From assembly GCA_934096645.1 (NCBI GenBank), contig CAKOMK010000002.1, positions 55,383 to 119,382 of the forward strand: DNA of 64,000 bases, in the 5' to 3' direction. Below, piece after piece: positions 28,294-37,291 of this stretch. Positions within the stretch are counted from its first letter, which is position 1. Every line of letters begins with the position of its first letter. The position numbers and the translations under genes are program-made. The DNA comes from an uncultured Bacilli bacterium. GTDB taxonomy: Bacteria; Bacillota_I; Bacilli_A; RF39; UBA660. The notes beneath the pieces are model-generated. The model was not told the DNA's origin and did no database searches. It saw only the letters and a program-made list of their open reading frames with translations.

Positions 28294-29197
28294 TAACATT
28301 ACCTTCTTTCTTACTCCTATTAAAATATTCATTATAATTATCTTTTATAAAATTATTGGCTAAATGAGTATATATCTCAGTAGTAACAACATTTTCATGC
28401 CCAAGTAACTCTTGTACACTTCTAATATCTGCTCCACATTCTATCATATGAGTAGCAAAACTATGTCTTAAAACATGAGGAGTTATTTCTTTATCAATAT
28501 TCTGTTTTAAAGCAACCTGGCCAATTATTTTATATAAACCTTGTCTAGTCATTCTCTGACCATGATTATTTAAAAATAACGAATCAGTAGGCTTTTGATT
28601 TTTAACAAACAACAGTTGTCTATATTTACTAATATACATATCTAAATAATTAACAGCTATCTTTGATAATGGAACAATCCTTTCTTTACTACCTTTACCA
28701 TATACATTAATAACCATATTTTTTAAATCAACATTTATTATATCTAAATTAACAAGTTCACTAGCTCTAAGACCAGTCGCATATAAAACTTCTAACATAG
28801 TTTTATTTCTATAATCAAAAGCATCTTTAATCTCTATATCTAATAATTTATCAACCTCTTCGATAGATAAATAATTAGGAAGTTTCTTCTTTCTTTTTAA
28901 ACTTTCAACATCTTCGCTAACATTAACAAATCCTTTATAAAGTGATAAAAATTTAAAAAAACTTTTTATACTAGCAATACTTCTATTAATAGAACTATCA
29001 TTCTTATTTGGAAGTAAATGTAATATATAATTATCAATATCTTTTTTAGTAATATCTATTATATCTTTATTAGTATATTCTAAAAAGTATCTTATATCTC
29101 TCATATAAGATTCAACTGTATTACTAGAATAATTTTTATCAATTAATAAATAATTATTAAAGTCATTAACAAATTCTTTATTCTCTATATCTATCAT
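28286..29197 (-). CDS. xerD: XerD/XerC-like tyrosine site-specific recombinase
   Basis: Catalytic-domain motifs ATGLRASEL, HVLRHSFAT, LGHENVVTTEIYTHL. Confidence 0.8.
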   Translation of the reverse strand: MIDIENKEFVNDFNNYLLIDKNYSSNTVESYMRDIRYFLEYTNKDIIDITKKDIDNYILHLLPNKNDSSINRSIASIKSFFKFLSLYKGFVNVSEDVESLKRKKKLPNYLSIEEVDKLLDIEIKDAFDYRNKTMLEVLYATGLRASELVNLDIINVDLKNMVINVYGKGSKERIVPLSKIAVNYLDMYISKYRQLLFVKNQKPTDSLFLNNHGQRMTRQGLYKIIGQVALKQNIDKEITPHVLRHSFATHMIECGADIRSVQELLGHENVVTTEIYTHLANNFIKDNYNEYFNRSKKEGNVNV

Positions 29198-29322
29198 ACA
29201 TGACAATTATATTATATTTTTTTTGATATTTATAGTCATTTTTACATAAGTTTACATAATATTAAAAAACTTATACTTTAATTTTGTATTTATTATTGAT
29301 AAAATAATGAAAGGTGATTTAT

Positions 29323-30522
29323 ATGGAACTACTTACGAATAAATTAAGGCCTACTCATCTTAAAGATGTTTTAGGTCAAGAACACTTAATTGGTAAAAAT
29401 AAAATATTAACTAATTTAGTAAAAGAAAAAAAGTTATTTAATATAATTTTATATGGTAAAAGTGGTATTGGTAAAACAACTATAGCACTTGCTTTGATGA
29501 ACGAATTTAATCAAAGATATAGAGTTCTTAACGCTACTATTAATTCAAAAAAAGATTTTGAAGTTGTTATTGAAGAAGCAAAGCTTTATAAAGGTATTAT
29601 ATTAATAGTGGATGAAATTCACAGAATGAATAAAGATAAACAGGATATACTACTCTCTTACATTGAAAGTGGTTTAATAACTTTAATAGGTCTTACAAAT
29701 TCTAATCCATATCATTCAATTAATCCTGCTATAAGAAGTAGATGTCAATTACTAGAATTACATTCACTTACAGAAAAAGATGTAGAAAAAGGTTTAAAAC
29801 GAGTAAAAGAAGTATTGCCAGATATAATAATGGACAATAAAACTATAAAGTATATAGCTACTCTATCAGATGGTGATATAAGATATGCTTATAATCTAGT
29901 AGAATTTACTTATTATGGTTACAATAAAGAAGTCACAATAGAAAATATAAAGGAAACAAATAACACACCATCATTCTTTACAGATAAAAATGAAGATGGT
30001 CACTATGATATGCTATCAGCATTTCAAAAAAGTATTAGAGGAAGTGACGTAGATGCAGCCCTTCACTATTTAGGAAGACTTATAGTTAGTGGAGATTATG
30101 ATTCAATTTATAGAAGAATGCTAGTAACTGCATACGAAGACATAGGTCTTGCAAATCCAAGTATTGGACCAAAAGTAGTTGCAGCTATAGAAGCAAGTGA
30201 AAGAATTGGTTATCCAGAATTAGTAAAACCATTAAGCGTTGCAATAATAGATATGGCACTAAGTCCAAAAAGCAATTCAGCAGATTCAGCAATAATGTCT
30301 GCTATAAATGATATAAATGCTGGAAATGTCGGAAGAATACCAGAACACATAAAAACAACTTCACCTAATTACAAATACCCACACAACTACCCTAATTATT
30401 GGGTAGACCAACAATATATGCCAGACAATTTAATTGGTAGAAAATACTATTCACCAAGAAATAACAAATATGAAACTGAAATGACAAAATTTAACAACTC
30501 AATAAAAAATTATAAGAAATAA
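29323..30522 (+). CDS. rarA: replication-associated recombination protein A (MgsA/RarA AAA+ ATPase)
   Basis: LRPTHLKDVLGQEHL, Walker A GKSGIGKTT, Walker B LIVDEIHR. ATG at 29323 with AAGGTGA RBS. Confidence 0.85.
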   Translation: MELLTNKLRPTHLKDVLGQEHLIGKNKILTNLVKEKKLFNIILYGKSGIGKTTIALALMNEFNQRYRVLNATINSKKDFEVVIEEAKLYKGIILIVDEIHRMNKDKQDILLSYIESGLITLIGLTNSNPYHSINPAIRSRCQLLELHSLTEKDVEKGLKRVKEVLPDIIMDNKTIKYIATLSDGDIRYAYNLVEFTYYGYNKEVTIENIKETNNTPSFFTDKNEDGHYDMLSAFQKSIRGSDVDAALHYLGRLIVSGDYDSIYRRMLVTAYEDIGLANPSIGPKVVAAIEASERIGYPELVKPLSVAIIDMALSPKSNSADSAIMSAINDINAGNVGRIPEHIKTTSPNYKYPHNYPNYWVDQQYMPDNLIGRKYYSPRNNKYETEMTKFNNSIKNYKK

Positions 30523-30540
30523 ATCTTATAATTTTTATTT
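30511..30540. terminator. bidirectional terminator shared by convergent rarA and hydrolase paralog A
   Basis: 11-bp perfect inverted repeat aaattataaga/tcttataattt flanked by A and T runs, spanning both stop codons; duplicated at 34708..34740. Confidence 0.5.
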
Positions 30541-32946
30541 TGTTATCTTATTAAATCCATCAAATTTAGAAATAAAATCATTATAACTAGAAGTATTAAA
30601 ATAGCTATCTTTAAATATAACTTTAACATATTGTCCTTCACACTTAATACTTTTTATCATATCAGAACTATATCCTTGAGTAATCTTATTTAAACTTGAT
30701 AATGCTTTATCAGGATTTCCAAAATCAAAGTAATGTTCAACGCTAGTAACTGAGTTATTATCATGATTAATTATTATTTTATAACTTGAGTCTAGTGAAC
30801 TATATACATCAGTATTATTATCACTTACTACACTACTATATTCAGGAAATTCAACTGTATCATTTGAAGGTGTTAATGTGCCTGAATCAATTATGTCAGG
30901 GTTTGATGGAGCACTTGGAGCACTAGGAGAATATCCACTATTTCCACTAGAACTTCCACTAGAAGTGTTACTTCCTGTATTACTATTTGAATTGCTTACA
31001 TTTCCAGTACCACCAGTATTACCATAATTATTTTGATTATTACTAGTATTAGTATCTGATGGTTTATTTTCATCTTTGGAGTCTTTTGGTCCTACTTCAG
31101 TTTTATCAGCATTTACTGTACTTGAAGCATTTGACTTATTTGAGTCATTATTACTTTGATTTGTAGAATTATCTCTTCTATCTTTATTATTGCCATTATT
31201 TAACTTAGTGTTTTCTTTAGCATTACTAGCTTTAACATCACTATTGCCTTTTTCTTCACTAGGTTTTTTCGCATCATCATACTTTATATTTTTATTTACT
31301 GTACTAGACATGTTAGCTTCATCTACTTTTTCTTGTTCATCTTTAACTTCATTGCCTTTTAAATCAGTTTCACTTACTTCAGTTTCAACATCAACATCAT
31401 ATTCATCTTTATTTTTTTCAAATTCATCAATTCTTCCTTTTATGTAGTCATCAATAAATTTATCTTTATCTTTTCCACTAAGGCCTTTACTTTCAGCTTC
31501 TTTGTTTGCTTCTTCGCCATAATATTTTTCAAAAAGCTTAGCAGTTTCTGAGTCAATATACTCTTGTTTTTTAGTACCAGTATATCCAAGAGCATCAGCA
31601 GCAGCTCCCAAACCAGCAATGGCTCCAGCAAGAACAGCATCAGTTGTGTTTCTTCCGCCGGCCAAGTCTTCAGCTCTATCTTTAATATTATCTTCAGTAG
31701 CTTCTATTTCAATTTGAGCATGCATAGCAAATTCAACGCATTCAAGAGTCTTAAACAATAATTCACTTGTCTTAGCAACATATTCCATAATTTTAACGTC
31801 TTGAATTTTAGGAGAATTTGTAGTACTTGCATAATCTACAGTAATTTTTAGATTTTTTATTCTAGTACCATTTATTTTGCTAGTTAAAGCTTGAATTTTC
31901 TCTGCTAAAAATCCAGCATCAGTAGTCAAGAATTCACTCATCATACCATTTATATTATCTAAAGATTCTCTCATATGCATGTTATAAGACTCATATTCTT
32001 TTTTATATTTCTCATACATGGCATCTATTTGTTCTGGAGTAAATGTTGGTATTTTTCCTTCAGAAATTAAATTTTGTCTCATAATTCTGATAGCTTCATT
32101 AACATCATCAAATGGAACAAAATTACCATTCTCATCAAATTTATAAAATCCTAAAGCAGAAGGTATTTCATCAGTTTGACCATTTAAAAATGCAAGTAAA
32201 TTATCTTGAAAAACAGTAGCAGGAGTTTCACCATGATCCCCAGGAATTTCAATAATGACTAAAGGAATACCAGCCGCAGCTATTTCTTTATAATGTTGTG
32301 AAGTTTTATATTGATCTGGTAAAGTCTCAACAGATTCAAATGCCATTATAACCGTACCATTTTCTTTCATTAAATTAAGGTTTTCTTCACTAGTATCTAA
32401 TTGACCTCCATTCCATTGAAGATCAAGAAAAACCATAGTTTGTGGTTCTAAATCAGGATTATTTCTAATCTTGTCAAGAGTTCTTGTATAAACAGTACCT
32501 CCACCTTCACTCCAACCAATACAAGTGTGTGAATTAAAAGCGTTCTCACCATAAATAGCTTCTATAGTACGCAACCCTAATTCATTTTTATCATCAGAAG
32601 AAGTCATACAAAAAATCGCATCGTTATTCTCATCTATAGCATTAGTAATAGCATTATCTACTACATAACTTCCAGAAGCACCTCTCGAAGTAATACCACA
32701 AGGATTATAATAAGTATAAGACTTAGTATTCTCATCTATTTTCGCAGGTAAATATATTTCAAACATATTACTATTTAAATCTGTAGTAGAAGTAATAACT
32801 ACTTTATCGCTGCCTTCAACAGGAGCAACGCTAATGCCAATTTCAGTTCCCTCATATTCTGCTATAATATCATTATATGCTCTTAACTGATCTTCTGTCA
32901 TAAAAGAAGTATCAACATTTTCATTTGTACTCATAAAATACCTCAC
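30535..32946 (-). CDS. modular protein, paralog A (803 aa): alpha/beta-hydrolase-like domain, conserved helical module, S/N/T/G linker, conserved C-terminal domain
   Basis: No signal peptide. Serine elbow IGWSEGG (S146) and His in PGDHGE. Helical module at aa ~335-545 (MSEFLTTDAGFLAEKIQALTSKINGT...AGAIAGLGAAADALGYTG). Low-complexity linker at aa ~545-680. C-domain at aa 680-803. GAGGT RBS. Confidence 0.75.
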   Translation of the reverse strand: MRYFMSTNENVDTSFMTEDQLRAYNDIIAEYEGTEIGISVAPVEGSDKVVITSTTDLNSNMFEIYLPAKIDENTKSYTYYNPCGITSRGASGSYVVDNAITNAIDENNDAIFCMTSSDDKNELGLRTIEAIYGENAFNSHTCIGWSEGGGTVYTRTLDKIRNNPDLEPQTMVFLDLQWNGGQLDTSEENLNLMKENGTVIMAFESVETLPDQYKTSQHYKEIAAAGIPLVIIEIPGDHGETPATVFQDNLLAFLNGQTDEIPSALGFYKFDENGNFVPFDDVNEAIRIMRQNLISEGKIPTFTPEQIDAMYEKYKKEYESYNMHMRESLDNINGMMSEFLTTDAGFLAEKIQALTSKINGTRIKNLKITVDYASTTNSPKIQDVKIMEYVAKTSELLFKTLECVEFAMHAQIEIEATEDNIKDRAEDLAGGRNTTDAVLAGAIAGLGAAADALGYTGTKKQEYIDSETAKLFEKYYGEEANKEAESKGLSGKDKDKFIDDYIKGRIDEFEKNKDEYDVDVETEVSETDLKGNEVKDEQEKVDEANMSSTVNKNIKYDDAKKPSEEKGNSDVKASNAKENTKLNNGNNKDRRDNSTNQSNNDSNKSNASSTVNADKTEVGPKDSKDENKPSDTNTSNNQNNYGNTGGTGNVSNSNSNTGSNTSSGSSSGNSGYSPSAPSAPSNPDIIDSGTLTPSNDTVEFPEYSSVVSDNNTDVYSSLDSSYKIIINHDNNSVTSVEHYFDFGNPDKALSSLNKITQGYSSDMIKSIKCEGQYVKVIFKDSYFNTSSYNDFISKFDGFNKITK

Positions 32947-33014
32947 TTATTCTAATAATAGGATACTACGTAATTAGTAAAAAGTAAATGAAATTTGATT
33001 TAGATGACAAAACA

Positions 33015-33045
33015 AAGACAATAAAAAAGATAGTAATTTTACTAT
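33015..33045 (-). terminator. terminator of hydrolase paralog B
   Basis: 9-bp stem agatagtaa/ttactatct followed by T6 on the minus strand. Confidence 0.5.
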
Positions 33046-33051
33046 CTTATG

Positions 33052-34647
33052 CTATTTACCACTAACTGATGTTTCTGTAACAGTAGTACTATCTACAGTA
33101 GCATTAACATCTGTATTACTCATAATTCTTTCATAATTATCTCTTACTGCATCTAAATAATCATCAACAAATTTATCAGCCTCAGTTCCAGTTAATCCCT
33201 TTTCATTAGCCGCATTACGAGCTTCTTCTCCATATAAGTTTTCATATGTTAAATCTGTTAATCTTTCGAGTTCTTTAGCTCTCTCAGCATCAGATAAAGA
33301 TGGATCTATAGTAAAAGGTAAACCTGCAAGAGCTCCAGTTAAAACACTAAAGTCACTAACCTCAGTTCCACCTAAATTAGCAGCTTCGTTATTTAAGTCT
33401 CTTTCTGTCTCTTGTAACTTTAATTGTGCATCCATAGCTTGTTTTGTAAAAGATAATACATTGTCAAGCATTTTTAAGGTATTAACTTTATATTCTAACA
33501 TTTTAATATCTTGAATTTTAGGTGAACTAGTTGTACTAGCATATTGATTTGCAATAACTAAATCTCTTATTTTTGTATTATTAATAACAGAAACAATTGA
33601 ATTAATTTTATCTGCTAAAAATCCAGCATCAGTACTTAAAAATTCTTCCATTATACCATTAATTGAAGAAATAGTAAGTTTAATATTCTTCCCAATAAAA
33701 ATTGATTGTCTAATATAATGGTTTGACATATGAGTAACATCAGCTAAATCAAAAATAATATCATTTCCAAACATAATCTCGCAAAAAGCCATTCTTTGTT
33801 CTTGTGGATCAGTAATTAATACTCTTTCACCATCTTTATCATATTTATAAAGTTTATAAGACATATTATAATCTTTACCACCATGCGTGATTTTACTAGG
33901 TAAACCAAGTATATCAAATGAACCATTGCTAAGACCCCATAATTCACTATCAGCATTTAAAGATCTAACAAATCCATGGGAATCTCTATTATCTTTCTCA
34001 GCAGTATATTCAATATAATAAACAGTTAAACCTTGCTTAGCAAATTCAGAAATATCACCTTGAGCCCTCTTGAAAACATCACCATCAAATACATCAGGAT
34101 TAGTATCAAAATACACAAGTGGTGTTTTTGTTTTTATTAAATTATTTATTTCCTCTTGAGTAAGTTTAACATTATTATATATATCTCTTGGTTCCATTAA
34201 AACAGGAATAAAATTATATCCTCTTTCTATACAATTAGCTGCTACAGAATGCATTGTATTTCCAAAACTAGCACTATATCCTTGATAAACAACAGTAGTA
34301 TCAGCTATACAGGGATTGCTGTCCTTAATACAATCAATAACATCTAAACCTTTTGTCATCCAGTCATCCGTATTGCCCAAATGTATAGGCGACAAAATAA
34401 TAGTATTGCTTTGATTATCAACTACATGATTAAACACTTCGTTGCAGTCATCAATTCCTCCTCCACCTCTACCAGCAATTTGGATACCTGTATCATAATC
34501 AATCTCTTCTGGCATATAAACACGAAACTCACTATCGCCATAACCAACTCTAACAGTTCCTTCAGTTCCAGGTTCAATTTGAGACAATTGGTTTTTAATA
34601 CTATCTATATCTTCTTGAGATAAATTACTCAAATCCATATTATGCAC
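33052..34647 (-). CDS. modular protein, paralog B (531 aa): divergent alpha/beta-hydrolase-like domain plus the conserved helical module only
   Basis: Serine elbow QGYSASFG and His in ITHGGKDY. Helical module IMEEFLSTDAGFLADKINS... at aa ~334-531. Ends right after the module with no linker or C-domain. Confidence 0.7.
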   Translation of the reverse strand: MHNMDLSNLSQEDIDSIKNQLSQIEPGTEGTVRVGYGDSEFRVYMPEEIDYDTGIQIAGRGGGGIDDCNEVFNHVVDNQSNTIILSPIHLGNTDDWMTKGLDVIDCIKDSNPCIADTTVVYQGYSASFGNTMHSVAANCIERGYNFIPVLMEPRDIYNNVKLTQEEINNLIKTKTPLVYFDTNPDVFDGDVFKRAQGDISEFAKQGLTVYYIEYTAEKDNRDSHGFVRSLNADSELWGLSNGSFDILGLPSKITHGGKDYNMSYKLYKYDKDGERVLITDPQEQRMAFCEIMFGNDIIFDLADVTHMSNHYIRQSIFIGKNIKLTISSINGIMEEFLSTDAGFLADKINSIVSVINNTKIRDLVIANQYASTTSSPKIQDIKMLEYKVNTLKMLDNVLSFTKQAMDAQLKLQETERDLNNEAANLGGTEVSDFSVLTGALAGLPFTIDPSLSDAERAKELERLTDLTYENLYGEEARNAANEKGLTGTEADKFVDDYLDAVRDNYERIMSNTDVNATVDSTTVTETSVSGK

Positions 34648-34666
34648 ATCCTATTCTTATATCAAA

Positions 34667-34694
34667 ATTATAACATGAAAACTTGATATGTAAA
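34667..34694 (-). promoter_or_regulatory. promoter of paralog B
   Basis: Minus-strand TTTACA, 16-nt spacer, extended -10 TGTTATAAT, about 20 nt upstream of the ATG. Confidence 0.45.
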
Positions 34695-34736
34695 ACTCCA
34701 AAATAAAAAAATTATAAGAAATAAATCTTATAATTT

Positions 34737-37205
34737 TTATTTTGTTATCTTATTAAATCCATCAAATTTAGAAATAAAGTCATGATAACTAGAAGTATTA
34801 AAGTAACTATCTTTAAATATAACTTTAACATATTGTCCTTCACACTTAATACTTTTTATCATATCAGAACTATATCCTTGAGTAATCTTATTTAAACTTG
34901 ATAATGCTTTATCAGGATTTCCAAAATCAAAGTAATGTTCAACGCTAGTAACTGAGTTATTATCATGATTAATTATTATTTTATAACTTGAGTCTAGTGA
35001 ACTATATACATCAGTATTATTATCACTTACTACACTACTATATTCAGGAAATTCAACTGTATCATTTGAAGGTGTTAATGTGCCTGAATCAATTATGTCA
35101 GGGTTTGATGGAGCACTTGGAGCACTAGGAGAATATCCACCATTTCCATATGAACTTCCACTACCAGAACCATTACTTCCTGCATTATTATTTGAATTGC
35201 TTACATTTCCAGTACCATTTGAATTCCAAGAATTATTTTGGTTATTACCACTATTTGTATTAGTTTCCTCCGTTTTATTGCTATCGTTAGAAGTACCATT
35301 ATCAGTTCTATCTGTACTTACTGTACTAGAAGCATTTGATTTATTAGAATTATTATTTTGATTTGTAGAACTATTAGAATTTTCTCCTCTATCTTTATTA
35401 TTGTGGCTATTTAACTTAGTTTCTTCTTTAGATTCACTAGGTTTAGTATCACTATTGCCCTTATTATCAGTACCAGGTTTCTTCGCATCATCATACTTTA
35501 TATTTTTATTTACTGTACTTGATACATTTGATTTATTTGAACTATTATCATTTTTATCTTTATTTACAACGCTAGACATATTTTCCATGTCTGCTTTTTC
35601 TTCTTTAGCTTTAACTTCATTACCTTTTAAATCAGTTTCACTTGCTTCAGTTTCAACATCAACGTCATATTTATCTTTATTTTTTTCAAATTCTTTAATT
35701 CTTTCTTTTATATAATCGTCAACAAATTTATCTTTTTCTTCCCCAGTAAGTCCTTTACTTTCAGCTTCTTTGCTTGCATCAGCTCCATAATACTTCTCAT
35801 AAAGTTTTGCAGTTTCAGCATCAATATACTCTTGTTTTTTAGTACCAGTATATCCAAGAGCATCAGCAATACTATCTAATCCTGCAATAGCACCAGCAAG
35901 AGCAGCATCAGTTACACCTCCACTAGGAGCCAAATCAGCTGCATCTTTATCAACTTCATTTTCTGTTGCTTCAATTTCCAATTGAGCATGCATAGCAAAC
36001 TCAACACATTCAAGAGTTTTTGCAAGCAATTCACTTGTCTTAGCAATATACTCCATAATTTTAACATCTTGCATCTTTGGAGAGTTTGTAGTACTAGCAT
36101 AATCAGTAGTAACTTTAATATCTTTTATTTTAGTACCATTTATCTTACTAGTTAGTGCTTGAATTTTATCTGCTAAAAATCCAGCGTCAGTTGATAAGAA
36201 TTCACTTAACATCTTATTTATTCTTTCTTGAGATAATTTGATATTTAAATTATATAAAGCATTATCATCTTTTAGCTTATTATATAACTGATCAATATCA
36301 CTTAATTCAAACATAGGCGTTTTAACCATGTCATCAAAGTATTTTGTAGCTTCTTCATAAGATAAATCTTTTTTCTTCCATTCACCAGTCTCAGGATCTT
36401 CTACAAAAATATAAAAATGGTTAAGTTTATCTTTAAAATCTTCTGTCAAATCACCTTTTCCAAGAATCCAATTCAAATAATTGTTATAGTATGGAGTTTT
36501 ACATTTCCCATCATGACTAACAGCATAATCTATATAAAATGTTTCACCACCTAATGAAGCCCAATGTCTAAATACTCTAACAGCATCAGGATTTCCATTA
36601 CTACCATCAGATGTAACTCCAACTAATTTCATGCCTTTATTAATCATAGCTAAATAATCATCATCAGAATTCGGTATATAATACATGCTTCTTTCTGGAT
36701 GATAACTATCTCCAAGAGATAAAGTAGAAATATGATATTTATATGTTCCATCTTCGGCTACACTATAATTTCTAGCAAGAGCAAAAGCAGAACCTCCACC
36801 AGCACTAACTCCAGCAACAGTTACATTATCCCAGTCACCAGGTATTATATCAGATAAACTATTTAATGTGTTTGCTGCCTCTTTTCCACTATAATAATAA
36901 GAACCCCCTGGAAATATTAAAATAGTATTATTATTACAGTTTAATTCATTAAGACTCACACAGTTTCTACTAGAATAATCATCGTCCATTCCCTTATAAT
37001 AAACAACAATTTGAGTATTCTCATCTATATGATCAGGCATATAAATTTGAGCACCAACTTCACTATCCCCAGTAGGTGTATATTCTCCAACATTCCAACT
37101 TATAGATCCAGAATCATTATAAGTTTTATGTTCAGTTTCTATACCATTTATATTATTAGTACGTGTAAAATCAGCACTATCTTGATATCCTGTATTATTA
37201 TTCAT
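34737..37205 (-). CDS. modular protein, paralog C (822 aa): alpha/beta-hydrolase-like domain, conserved helical module, S/N/T/G linker, C-terminal domain near-identical to paralog A
   Basis: No signal peptide. Serine elbow AGVSAGGG (S134) and His in VSHDGK. Helical module from aa ~334 (MLSEFLSTDAGFLADKIQALTSKINGT). The last ~133 aa are almost identical to paralog A at both protein and DNA level. AGAGGTG RBS. Confidence 0.75.
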   Translation of the reverse strand: MNNNTGYQDSADFTRTNNINGIETEHKTYNDSGSISWNVGEYTPTGDSEVGAQIYMPDHIDENTQIVVYYKGMDDDYSSRNCVSLNELNCNNNTILIFPGGSYYYSGKEAANTLNSLSDIIPGDWDNVTVAGVSAGGGSAFALARNYSVAEDGTYKYHISTLSLGDSYHPERSMYYIPNSDDDYLAMINKGMKLVGVTSDGSNGNPDAVRVFRHWASLGGETFYIDYAVSHDGKCKTPYYNNYLNWILGKGDLTEDFKDKLNHFYIFVEDPETGEWKKKDLSYEEATKYFDDMVKTPMFELSDIDQLYNKLKDDNALYNLNIKLSQERINKMLSEFLSTDAGFLADKIQALTSKINGTKIKDIKVTTDYASTTNSPKMQDVKIMEYIAKTSELLAKTLECVEFAMHAQLEIEATENEVDKDAADLAPSGGVTDAALAGAIAGLDSIADALGYTGTKKQEYIDAETAKLYEKYYGADASKEAESKGLTGEEKDKFVDDYIKERIKEFEKNKDKYDVDVETEASETDLKGNEVKAKEEKADMENMSSVVNKDKNDNSSNKSNVSSTVNKNIKYDDAKKPGTDNKGNSDTKPSESKEETKLNSHNNKDRGENSNSSTNQNNNSNKSNASSTVSTDRTDNGTSNDSNKTEETNTNSGNNQNNSWNSNGTGNVSNSNNNAGSNGSGSGSSYGNGGYSPSAPSAPSNPDIIDSGTLTPSNDTVEFPEYSSVVSDNNTDVYSSLDSSYKIIINHDNNSVTSVEHYFDFGNPDKALSSLNKITQGYSSDMIKSIKCEGQYVKVIFKDSYFNTSSYHDFISKFDGFNKITK

Positions 37206-37227
37206 AAAACACCTCTATTATTAATCA

Positions 37228-37262
37228 ATTATAACACACATAAAAAGACAAGAAAATAAAAA
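37228..37262 (-). promoter_or_regulatory. promoter of paralog C
   Basis: Extended -10 TGTTATAAT on the minus strand about 20 nt upstream of the ATG; the -35 region overlaps the T-run of the tcdA terminator. Confidence 0.4.
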
Positions 37263-37291
37263 GACATAAAATTTGCTATAAAATTATGTCT
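37240..37291 (-). terminator. terminator of the ThiF-family gene
   Basis: Stem agacataa/ttatgtct overlapping the stop codon, followed by TTTTTATTTTCTTGTCTTTTT on the minus strand. Confidence 0.5.
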
